From Candidatus Berkelbacteria bacterium (GTDB taxonomy: Bacteria > Patescibacteriota > UBA1384 > 2-12-FULL-50-11): a stretch of DNA of 64,000 bases. A program made the position numbers and the translations under genes. This document shows positions 44,622 through 52,827 of this stretch, piece after piece; the first letter of the stretch is position 1; each line of letters starts with the position of its first letter. Below the pieces are notes generated by a model. That model searched no databases, was not told the DNA's origin, and saw only the letters and a list, made by a program, of their open reading frames with translations. The stretch covers positions 81,415 through 145,414 of the forward strand of contig CP066697.1 in NCBI GenBank assembly GCA_016432625.1, written 5' to 3'.

Positions 44622-45137
44622 TTATTTTCCTTTCCTGCGTGGTGCCTTAGTGGCGCCAGTCGCATTAGTAGGAAGATACCTGAAAAAGCGCTCCTTTTCA
44701 AGGTGAGCAACCCGTTTGGCCGGCAGCTGCCGTGTGATGTGAAATACTACCCAGCCAAGCCAAACTAAGGCGACGAGGATGATACTGCCAAGCAGGAGGC
44801 GGCTAGAAAGATAGGCGAGCTGTTGAACTCGGAAAAACCAGTAAGCAGGGAGCATTATCGCCACGAAAAAGAAGATATTGCTCAGTTGATTCTGGGCTAC
44901 TTCGTAAATTGGTGTCGAGACGTGAAGATTTTTGAGACGGCGACGCCAGACTTCCAGTAGAATCAAGAATAATAAAGTAAGCACGAGGCCGAAAGTGTAG
45001 TACGGCGAGCCGCTAGTTAGCGGGTCGTTCGTCCAAAAATCAGCCGTAAAGACATTTTTCCATTCCGCAGTAGGAAACTGCTGCGTTGCTAGAAAATCTC
45101 TAATTGTTGCGAATCTTGAAGTAAAAAATTCTTTCAT
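44622..45137 (-). CDS. membrane protein, hypothetical
   Basis: 171 aa with three or four TM segments. Confidence 0.4.
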   Translation of the reverse strand: MKEFFTSRFATIRDFLATQQFPTAEWKNVFTADFWTNDPLTSGSPYYTFGLVLTLLFLILLEVWRRRLKNLHVSTPIYEVAQNQLSNIFFFVAIMLPAYWFFRVQQLAYLSSRLLLGSIILVALVWLGWVVFHITRQLPAKRVAHLEKERFFRYLPTNATGATKAPRRKGK

Positions 45138-45167
45138 TTGATGTCTCAGGATCAGAATCGGGCACTT

Positions 45168-45256
45168 CGTGCCGAAGGTCAGAATCCTCGCGTTTCACGC
45201 TTGGTTCTTCTCTTCGTCCCAAATCGCTTCCGCGATTTGTGCCGAAGGTCAGAATC
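45168..45256 (-). repeat. two extra direct copies of the tRNA-Phe 3' end (19 nt, GATTCTGACCTTCGGCAC[A/G] on the sense strand) 75 and 145 nt downstream of the tRNA, plus a degenerate fourth copy near 45150
   Basis: plus-strand GTGCCGAAGGTCAGAATC at 45169..45186 and 45239..45256, identical to the tRNA at 45333..45350; short hairpins in the spacers. Confidence 0.6.
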
Positions 45257-45333
45257 TTTGCCTGCGGCAAAGTTCTTCCCGTTCGACATGGTCAAGCCAG
45301 CATCCACACTTCGTGTGAACTCTGGCTCAACTG

Positions 45334-45405
45334 TGCCGAAGGTCAGAATCGAACTGACGACACCACGCTCTTCAGGCGCGTGCTCTACCACTGAGCTACT
45401 TCGGC
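45334..45405 (-). tRNA. tRNA-Phe (anticodon GAA)
   Basis: GCCGAAG-TA-GCTC-AGTGGTA-GAGC-A-CGCGC-CUGAAGA-GCGTG-GTGTC-GTCAG-TTCGATT-CTGAC-CTTCGGC-A. Confidence 0.85.
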
Positions 45406-45497
45406 TTTTAACTACTGGTTATTTTACCGAACTTTTAGGGTAGGGAAAAGGCGGCAGGTATGGATGCCTGCCGCCTTAACGATAGTGGCCCGGGAGC

Positions 45498-46016
45498 CTA
45501 GGCCGTAGCCTGAGGCTGGGTCACGAGTACCGGTGCCGTGGTCTTTACTTTCAGACGCTCCTTGACCACGGCCAGGGTTTCCGCTGTGGGTACCACGACC
45601 TCTGTCAGAAGCCCGCCGATACGTAGTTCGCGTTCGCCGATCTTCTTATAGGCGGTCACCCTTACCGTGACGAGAAAGCCGTCCCACTTGTCCGCACCGA
45701 TCTTGGTGGCTTGGCGATCGGTTTCTTCGTAGTTGAAGCCGATCTCGTCGCCGACCTCCACCGGGACACGGAAACGCTGCTCTTTGCAGCCTCCGGCGGT
45801 GGCGCCGTCGCCGTACTCCGTCCAAACGTCGCGGCTCAAGATCATCATGATCATAGTGCCGTGAATGATCGGGTTGGTGCACAGTTTCTGGCCGAGCAGG
45901 GTGCGGGCAAAGTTAGGGTCAGTGTGTAGCGGGTTACGGTCCCCGGAAACACCGACATACTGGTCGAAGTCACCTTGAGTGACTTTATGCCAACGAGGGA
46001 CTTTTCGATTGCTCAT
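45498..46016 (-). CDS. MaoC-like (hotdog-fold) dehydratase
   Basis: GDRNPLHTDPNFA...G..L..HG hotdog/MaoC motif; GC about 60%. Confidence 0.7.
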   Translation of the reverse strand: MSNRKVPRWHKVTQGDFDQYVGVSGDRNPLHTDPNFARTLLGQKLCTNPIIHGTMIMMILSRDVWTEYGDGATAGGCKEQRFRVPVEVGDEIGFNYEETDRQATKIGADKWDGFLVTVRVTAYKKIGERELRIGGLLTEVVVPTAETLAVVKERLKVKTTAPVLVTQPQATA

Positions 46017-46113
46017 GTCATTACTCTTGGGTGCGCGTAGCGTACCGCGGATACTACCCTACTTTACAGCAAAAATCTACCCTTACGAGGGTGCTTTTTG
46101 GGCGCTAAAACGG

Positions 46114-48282
46114 CTATATCTGTAATAACCGGCGGAGGCGTCTTCCCTGCATTGCGAGCATTCCGGCTGTGATGCCGAGAATTCCAAGGGTTACGGTATC
46201 TGTTGCTGGCAAGCTGTTCTGGCGAGATTGTGCCCCCGGCTTAGCGGTCTTTACGCCCTCAACTAAAACCGGCTTTGTTTTAACGTTAGAGACTTTGGCT
46301 GTCGGCCCAGCAGCGGACTTTTGCGCTGTCGAAGACCTGGCCGTAGCTTTACTGCCCGAGCTACTCGTGGATTTTGTCGCGGCGGGTTGCTTAGTTGACT
46401 TGGTTGTCTTCGGTACCGTTACTGTCTCAACTTCGGGCTCGCGGGAGAGGATTTTGTAACTCCCTAGGTACCAAGCTTCGGTTTTGTCAGAAGCGCTGTT
46501 CCAATCCACTAGCACCGGTAACTCGACCTGATCTTTAAGTTTGAATATCGTCTTGGCGCTATCCTCGAGCGCGCGCATGTCAACTTCAAGGATTCCGCCC
46601 AGTACCAACTCATCGGCGTTTAGTTCACTCACATTATCAGTGACGTTAGCCACTAAGCCCTGGGAAGAATCGGCCTGGGCAGCACTAATTGACTTGAAGC
46701 TAATCTCGCCCGTCCCTTCCGCGCTAACGTCGTCAAGCGCGTCGAGTAAGATTCGTTTAGTAGCACTGGAGCTAATCTCGCCAGTTACCCGCACTAAACT
46801 ATTAACCGCAAAATTTAGTGCGCCCTTACTCTGGCTAAGATACATTTGGATACCGCCGGTCTCGTCCTGGATGTATTCGATCTCATTGCCGACAATTCCT
46901 GCTGGAACGCTGACGGTTGCCAGTGTCTCAAGCAGCGTGCCTGGTGATAGGTTTCTTGCCTCGCCGATTGTGCGCGGTAAGGTCGGCGTTGTTGGCAGAC
47001 TGACTCGGCTCCAACTAAGATAGTCGTTGCTCTTGTAGAGGTTTGTATTACCGGACCCTGAGTTCGTGACGACACTAACGTAAGACGGGAAGCTATTAAG
47101 TGAGACTGCTTGAACCGGCGAGGTTGTCGAAGCCCAGACGTTAACTTTGACGAAGCTCGTTTGGCCGTCAGGAAGAAACTGGCTATGTCCGCCGCTTGTT
47201 TTAACCTCGTTAGTTTGCCAAACGAAAATCCCACGACTTGTGGAAGAAGCGTGGTTAAAATCTCCCAGTGCCGCCATCGTCTGCCATTGACCTGGGGCAA
47301 GTGAATGGTAGGCGATCGAATCGGCGGAGATTAGGGCAAGGTCGGGATCATTTTCGACCTCAACAATATTCGTAAAGCTAGTTGTAATCGGCACTAATGT
47401 AGGCAAGGGTTCTTGCCATAATAGTTCATGCAGACCTAAGGTGGGAAAGTTCAATAGAACCCTTGAACCGGCCACGCTGAGCGATGCGGGTAGCTCGACA
47501 CTCTGCAGATCGATAGTCAGTATCTCGCTTTCAGTGGCGACGTAGAGACGGTTTTTGTTATTTTGCTCAAACGCAGCGGCCACGTTGGACCCGATGCTTT
47601 GCCCCTCAATCGTTGTCGGGAAGAGTTCTTCCCAGGCAAAAGCATCCGACAGATAGAAATTTTCACCGTTGTCGCAGATCGCGGCCGGCCGTGGACTGAT
47701 AAAAATGGCCGCATTATCACATGTCAGGCTTGCCTCCTCTATCCATGTGTCGCCAGATAATAGAAAAACTTTAACTTCATCCCCCATTATCGCCAAAGAG
47801 GCGATAGAGGCGTTCGAAAGAAAGGCGTTGCGAATATCGTCAGGCGCGGCAAGGGACCAACCCGCAGTTTCCCGCCAAATGTCGTTAACTAAATGATGAA
47901 TTTTAGTCGCGCCGTTTATACTGGCGGAGAGAAAAGATTGGTCAGCTACTCTAACTATCACGGCAGCTTCAAAAGTTCCGACGCTGCTATCGGCAACGTA
48001 TCGCAGACCATCTGAACTGCGATACAGCTTATCGCCAATAGCGGTGTGAAGCGTCTCCCCTATTAACGCGGAGGCTAAAACATTGCCGGTTTGTTCGGTA
48101 AGTTGCCAGGGTTTGGTGTCGCCGCGTAAACGGTAGGTGTGATCGCGGCTCTGGAAGATGGTTTTCCCCGTTAAGGAATGAAAATTGTCAGCTTGAGCAA
48201 CCGTCGGGAGTAGTAAGAAAGCAAGACTAAGGGCAAGAAAACTAGCCCTCATCCTCCGCCTCGGCTTTATGGTGGAACTCAA
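46114..48282 (-). CDS. large secreted surface protein with a C-terminal sortase-type sorting signal (LPATD, hydrophobic stretch, RRLRR tail)
   Basis: N-terminal signal peptide; Ser/Thr-rich stalk; ...SLPATDTVTLGILGITAGMLAMQGRRLRRLLQI. Confidence 0.55.
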   Translation of the reverse strand: MSSTIKPRRRMRASFLALSLAFLLLPTVAQADNFHSLTGKTIFQSRDHTYRLRGDTKPWQLTEQTGNVLASALIGETLHTAIGDKLYRSSDGLRYVADSSVGTFEAAVIVRVADQSFLSASINGATKIHHLVNDIWRETAGWSLAAPDDIRNAFLSNASIASLAIMGDEVKVFLLSGDTWIEEASLTCDNAAIFISPRPAAICDNGENFYLSDAFAWEELFPTTIEGQSIGSNVAAAFEQNNKNRLYVATESEILTIDLQSVELPASLSVAGSRVLLNFPTLGLHELLWQEPLPTLVPITTSFTNIVEVENDPDLALISADSIAYHSLAPGQWQTMAALGDFNHASSTSRGIFVWQTNEVKTSGGHSQFLPDGQTSFVKVNVWASTTSPVQAVSLNSFPSYVSVVTNSGSGNTNLYKSNDYLSWSRVSLPTTPTLPRTIGEARNLSPGTLLETLATVSVPAGIVGNEIEYIQDETGGIQMYLSQSKGALNFAVNSLVRVTGEISSSATKRILLDALDDVSAEGTGEISFKSISAAQADSSQGLVANVTDNVSELNADELVLGGILEVDMRALEDSAKTIFKLKDQVELPVLVDWNSASDKTEAWYLGSYKILSREPEVETVTVPKTTKSTKQPAATKSTSSSGSKATARSSTAQKSAAGPTAKVSNVKTKPVLVEGVKTAKPGAQSRQNSLPATDTVTLGILGITAGMLAMQGRRLRRLLQI

Positions 48283-48841
48283 TAATTATCCGCGCTAAGC
48301 GATTAGGGTCGGGCAGGTCGTGGATCGTAAAGTATCCTTGCAGACCTGGGCGGTGCGGGTCGTCACTTGTACCAGCGCCAGCCGTTTCGATTATTAGCGT
48401 GCCGTAATTAAAGGTGGTCTGGAGGAAGCCCTCAACTTGGGCGCTGACGTTCTGGACTTGTAGTAGCGGTAGTTCGGAGGTGCCCCGGGCTAGTAAACCC
48501 TTCTGGTCGACGTTCAAGATACGGTTGTTGGTAATGAAGACGATGTCGTAATAGAAGTTAATCCATGCGCCGAACAAAAAGGTCAGTAAAAATATAAAGA
48601 AGCCAGAAATGAACAACACCACAATCGGCACGATGCTTTCGATGTCCAGACCATCGAGTAACGAGGCGGCGACAATCATTAGGATCGGTACGAGAGCCAT
48701 ACCGAGCACTAGCATTAACGTTCCTAAGAACCCCGCCCAATGGTGACGGACTATCAGCTGAATCTGCTCGCCGGGATGGAGATTCAAATACAGAAAGGCT
48801 TCGTCGTTGGTGTCGATAGTTTCTTCGATTAAGTGAGGCAT
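48242..48841 (-). CDS. bacterial PH-domain (bPH_2/DUF304, YdbT-like) membrane protein
   Basis: two TM helices flanking region, then a C-terminal bPH-like domain. Confidence 0.5.
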   Translation of the reverse strand: MPHLIEETIDTNDEAFLYLNLHPGEQIQLIVRHHWAGFLGTLMLVLGMALVPILMIVAASLLDGLDIESIVPIVVLFISGFFIFLLTFLFGAWINFYYDIVFITNNRILNVDQKGLLARGTSELPLLQVQNVSAQVEGFLQTTFNYGTLIIETAGAGTSDDPHRPGLQGYFTIHDLPDPNRLARIIIEFHHKAEAEDEG

Positions 48842-49038
48842 CAGCCGAGATTGCTTATGTAAACCGAGGTGCCGGTTATTATTAATAGCAGCAAGAATAT
48901 GTGGATAACCAAAACAGGGATCGAAGCGTCACCAGGAATGCGGTATTTATAGACCTGAAAAAAGTAAAGCAGATTGACGAGCAACATCACGGCCAAAAAA
49001 ACGCCGTAACCCAGCAGTATGTAGGGGTTTAACTCCAT
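48841..49038 (-). CDS. small two-TM membrane protein
   Basis: 65-aa ORF. Confidence 0.3.
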   Translation of the reverse strand: MELNPYILLGYGVFLAVMLLVNLLYFFQVYKYRIPGDASIPVLVIHIFLLLLIITGTSVYISNLG

Positions 49039-49076
49039 CGGTCATATTGTACGGCTAAATAAGGTCTCTTGAAAGA

Positions 49077-50267
49077 TTACGGCCGGATGTAGCTCGGTGA
49101 TCCGTAGCGGCGAGGGTCAACATTGGCGCGATGGTCAAACTTCTCTGCCGCCGTCCAGTTGTATTCGTCAACGTCTATCAGGCCGCCATGCACGGCGGTC
49201 ACAATTGCCACGTGACCGTAAGGCATGTTATTTCCTTTTGGCCATGACACGATGTCACCTACCTGCGGATTACCGGAGACGGTGTAGCCTTGATCGGCGG
49301 CAAGTGCAGGCCAGTTCCAAGCGCTTCCCTGACCTGGGCGAGTGTTGTAGAAGACCAGCCCGGTATTTCGTAAGAATTTCCAAGCGGCATAAGAAGTACA
49401 CTGGCACTTGTAGAACAGCCAGAAATCAACTCCGCCACATTGGTTGTAGTACGGATAACCGCCGGTTCCGCCAGTCGTTGTTTCTCCCGCGCCCATTTGA
49501 CGTCGTGCCTCATAAATCTCGGCCGAGAGGTTCTCCTGCTGGCTTTTCAGCTTCTCCAGATCGGACTGAAGTTTGGCCTGATCGCGCTGGGTAGCGGCAA
49601 GGAAGCTCTCTTTCTGATTGCGTTGCCGGTCTAGGTGGGTTCTGTCAGCTGCCAGCCTGTTCTTCAGTTTAGAGAGGTCTTGATTCTGGCTCTCGCTCTC
49701 AGTTTTTTTCTGGCCGAGGTTACTTAGTAGCTGGCTTGAGGAAGTAATGTCTTTCTGCAGCTGGTCTTGAATTGCTTGGACATACATCTCGTGAGAAACG
49801 ATGTCAGATACGTCGTCACCCTGAGCCATCATTTCTGTCGGGCTAGTGCGAGACAGCTGATATAACGCGACGTACGCCACTCGCAGTCGTTCTTGAAGCT
49901 TATCCAACGTACCTTGTTCGTTAGTGATTTCTTCTGAGAGTTTGGCAATTACCGCCGAAGTAACTGATATCTGGCTTTCTGTGTCATTGATTCGTCCTTG
50001 GGTGTAACCGATGCTGCTCTCTAGGTCGTCAATATCTTCAGCGAGGTTCTGGCCTTCTGACTCTTTTTGCTTAAGCTGCTGCTCCTTCTGCTGTTGTTGA
50101 TTACGTAGCTCGTTCTGTTGTCGCAGTAGCTCGTCGAGAGTCTCGGCGCTAACAACGCTTGGCACCAACAAAATAAGAGCGGCAAAAATAACTGGCAAGA
50201 TTCTGAGTCGGGTCACCCCTCCAAACATGTTCACAACCAGCCTAGCAAGCATAAGCAAACGCGTCAA
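49077..50267 (-). CDS. PcsB-like peptidoglycan hydrolase (coiled-coil domain with a C-terminal CHAP domain)
   Basis: signal peptide, long coiled-coil, then the CHAP Cys (CQCTSYAAW) and His (PYGHVAIV). Confidence 0.7.
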   Translation of the reverse strand: MTRLLMLARLVVNMFGGVTRLRILPVIFAALILLVPSVVSAETLDELLRQQNELRNQQQQKEQQLKQKESEGQNLAEDIDDLESSIGYTQGRINDTESQISVTSAVIAKLSEEITNEQGTLDKLQERLRVAYVALYQLSRTSPTEMMAQGDDVSDIVSHEMYVQAIQDQLQKDITSSSQLLSNLGQKKTESESQNQDLSKLKNRLAADRTHLDRQRNQKESFLAATQRDQAKLQSDLEKLKSQQENLSAEIYEARRQMGAGETTTGGTGGYPYYNQCGGVDFWLFYKCQCTSYAAWKFLRNTGLVFYNTRPGQGSAWNWPALAADQGYTVSGNPQVGDIVSWPKGNNMPYGHVAIVTAVHGGLIDVDEYNWTAAEKFDHRANVDPRRYGSPSYIRP

Positions 50268-50287
50268 ACCGTAAACTCAACAATTAC

Positions 50288-51238
50288 TCAAGCACGGAGG
50301 TACCGACGCACTGAAAGTACGCTAACTAAAATCCCTAGCACTACACCCACGACCAGTTGCAACGCAACCAGGCTCCAAAAATGGTTCATGACGTATTGGT
50401 AGAGGTCGGTATTAAGAACGCCGAACGCACTGCCAAGGGTGGTTAGGCCGCTGTTGCCCCGGTAGCGAGTGATAATATAGCTCAAGAGCGGTAGGAGAGC
50501 TGAGGTAGCGATCGTCCCTAGCAGACCGTAGAGTACGCCTTCGACGACGAATGGGCCGCGGACGAAGGAATTAGAAGCGCCAACGTAACGCATTATCTCG
50601 ATCTCATCTGAGCGGGCGCCGATCGTCAGACGGATAATGTTATAGACATTGAAAATTGCAATTAGCCCAAAGAACCCGCTCAGCAACCAGCCAGCTTGCT
50701 GGGCGGTGCGAGTGCTCGAGATTAGCTGATCAACAATGTCTTTGTTTTTCGTATAAGATACGCATTCGCCACATATTATCTTCCCACTATCGAGCTTCTC
50801 TATCTGCGCCACTATCGACTGAATCTGCTCAACGTCTGAAGTCGCAATCTCGAGGCTCCGTGGTAACGGGTTAAATCCTTCGTTAATAGGATCTTTGACG
50901 TTCTGGTTGATTGGTAGGCGCTTAAAAATAGACAGTGCCTGATTTTTTGTTATAAACGTGACGTCGAGAACGTCTGGAAGCTGGCCAATTTGTTTGCCAA
51001 GCTGCTCAATATCTTTGTCAGCGACCGCATCAACCTGGAAATAGATTGTTAGGTTGATTGATGAACGAACAGCGCTGGCGGTGTCGCGGATCATGAAGGT
51101 CATTAGGAGTGAAACGCTAATCATTACCAGTGTTAAGGTCATCAGAAGCGTTGCCCCAAGGGTTAACCAGCGGTTGCGCCAGAAATTGTTATAGCCGAGC
51201 TTAATAACTCGTGCCAAGGTTTCCCAACTAGATGACAT
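50288..51238 (-). CDS. ftsX: cell-division permease FtsX
   Basis: four-TM FtsX topology with a large periplasmic loop; adjacent to ftsE. Confidence 0.8.
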   Translation of the reverse strand: MSSSWETLARVIKLGYNNFWRNRWLTLGATLLMTLTLVMISVSLLMTFMIRDTASAVRSSINLTIYFQVDAVADKDIEQLGKQIGQLPDVLDVTFITKNQALSIFKRLPINQNVKDPINEGFNPLPRSLEIATSDVEQIQSIVAQIEKLDSGKIICGECVSYTKNKDIVDQLISSTRTAQQAGWLLSGFFGLIAIFNVYNIIRLTIGARSDEIEIMRYVGASNSFVRGPFVVEGVLYGLLGTIATSALLPLLSYIITRYRGNSGLTTLGSAFGVLNTDLYQYVMNHFWSLVALQLVVGVVLGILVSVLSVRRYLRA

Positions 51239-51977
51239 AACGCCCCGACTTTTGGTCGCTAATAACTTTACCCGACTTCATCAAAACGACCCGCTTTTGC
51301 ATCCGGTCAACGACTTGGCGGTTGTGAGTGGCAAGTATGACGGTTGTGCCGCGAGAATTGATACGGTATAGCAGCTCAATAATCTCCCAAGTGTTAATCG
51401 GGTCAAGGTTGCCAGTAGGCTCGTCGGCGATCAAAATTTTAGGAGAATGAACTAACGCGCGAGCGATGGCGGCCCGCTGGCGCTCGCCCCCTGAAAGCTC
51501 ATTGGGGTAACTGCTTTTTCGTCTTCCTAAGCCGACCAGGTCGATTACGCGATCGGTTCGGCGCTGAACATCAGCGGCGGAAACGCCGCAAACTTCAAGG
51601 GCAAAAGCGACGTTTTCCCAGACAGTTTTTTGAGGTAACAGCTTGAAATCTTGGAAGACAACCCCGATTTTACGTCGGTAAAGCGGTATCTCGCGGTTCC
51701 GCAAATCGGCGAGATTTCGTCCAGCTACAAAAACCTGGCCTTTTGTCGGACTCTCTTGGCACGTCAGGAGCTTAATCAGTGTCGTTTTGCCAACGCCACT
51801 CTGGCCAACGAGGCAGATAAATTCACCGTCGAAGATAACCAGCGTGACTTCCTTGAGGGCGGTGTTGCGCGGGTATTGTTTGGTAACGTTACGCAACTCA
51901 ATGATTGGACTCTGCGTGGAATTATCTTCTGGCTGAGTTGTCGGTAAGGTTGAACCAATGTGTAGTACTTCCTTCAT
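51228..51977 (-). CDS. ftsE: cell-division ATP-binding protein FtsE
   Basis: Walker A GQSGVGKTT, ABC signature LSGGERQR, Walker B ILIADEPT; start at the ATG at 51977 (MKEVLHIG...). Confidence 0.85.
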   Translation of the reverse strand: MKEVLHIGSTLPTTQPEDNSTQSPIIELRNVTKQYPRNTALKEVTLVIFDGEFICLVGQSGVGKTTLIKLLTCQESPTKGQVFVAGRNLADLRNREIPLYRRKIGVVFQDFKLLPQKTVWENVAFALEVCGVSAADVQRRTDRVIDLVGLGRRKSSYPNELSGGERQRAAIARALVHSPKILIADEPTGNLDPINTWEIIELLYRINSRGTTVILATHNRQVVDRMQKRVVLMKSGKVISDQKSGRYVI

Positions 51978-52023
51978 CACTTCCGAGCATACCAAGCCTG
52001 GGGGATTGCAGAAAGCTGGACGG

Positions 52024-52827
52024 TCAAACTCGCTCGAGTAAGCGGAGTTCTGTTTGAATCCGACTAGCCACAATCGCCTCCAGGTCTTTAAGGGATCGAT
52101 CGCTTTTAGCTTGCGATCTCCTACCCGCTTCGCCATCACCCGATCGGCGACTGATGATTGCCATCAAACCCTGGGTACGTGCTAGGTCGTGAGTGTAACG
52201 ATCCCTGCCGTGATCAGCCTCGAACCAGCTAATCGCCTCTTCCAGATATCGCTTAGCAGAATCAAAATCTTCTTTGCGCAGCTTTGTTATCGCGAAATCC
52301 ACTCGCGCTCGCGCCTGATAAAACCCTGAGAGCGGCTCCTTATTAAAAAGGCTGAGAGCTTTTTCGAGCATTTGAATTGATCCATCCAGCTGCCCGAGGC
52401 GACTTAAATGGCTACCTAAGTCGGCGTAAGTGGCTGCAAGCTCGCCTATCGCCTCGTTTTTCTCTAGCGTTTCGAGCGCTTTCTGAAAGAAAACTGCGGC
52501 GCTTGCAAAATCGGCCGCGGCGTCCGCAGCTCGGGCCATCTCGTGGTAGATTACCCCGGTAGCAACCTGGTCCTGCAGCTGGATAGCTTCTTGGAGTCCT
52601 TCTGAAAATAAAGCCAAGGAGTCGCGGTAGTAGCTTCTCGCATCAGGAGAAATTGCCATTGCAGCGCTACGGCCAGCGCCGAGTATCGCTTTCATATGAT
52701 GAGGACGGTCGTGATCTTCTCTACTCAACTCGGCGATATCTCGATATGCCGCCACCGCGTCAGTAACGTGGCCGCTCATTTCAATGCGCCAAGCTTGCTC
52801 AAAGAGATCTTCGAAATTGACCGTCAT
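52024..52827 (-). CDS. TPR-repeat protein
   Basis: repeated A..Y...A......G-type helical repeats. Confidence 0.5.
   Translation of the reverse strand: MTVNFEDLFEQAWRIEMSGHVTDAVAAYRDIAELSREDHDRPHHMKAILGAGRSAAMAISPDARSYYRDSLALFSEGLQEAIQLQDQVATGVIYHEMARAADAAADFASAAVFFQKALETLEKNEAIGELAATYADLGSHLSRLGQLDGSIQMLEKALSLFNKEPLSGFYQARARVDFAITKLRKEDFDSAKRYLEEAISWFEADHGRDRYTHDLARTQGLMAIISRRSGDGEAGRRSQAKSDRSLKDLEAIVASRIQTELRLLERV

Noticed and set aside
45138-45443. 101-aa plus-strand and 70-aa minus-strand ORFs
   Set aside because: They overlap tRNA-Phe and its 3'-end repeat array.
46169-47304. ORFs of 96-161 aa on both strands inside the 722-aa surface-protein gene
   Set aside because: They are nested in or antisense to a long ORF with a signal peptide and sorting signal; their Ser/Ala/Arg-rich composition is typical of spurious frames.
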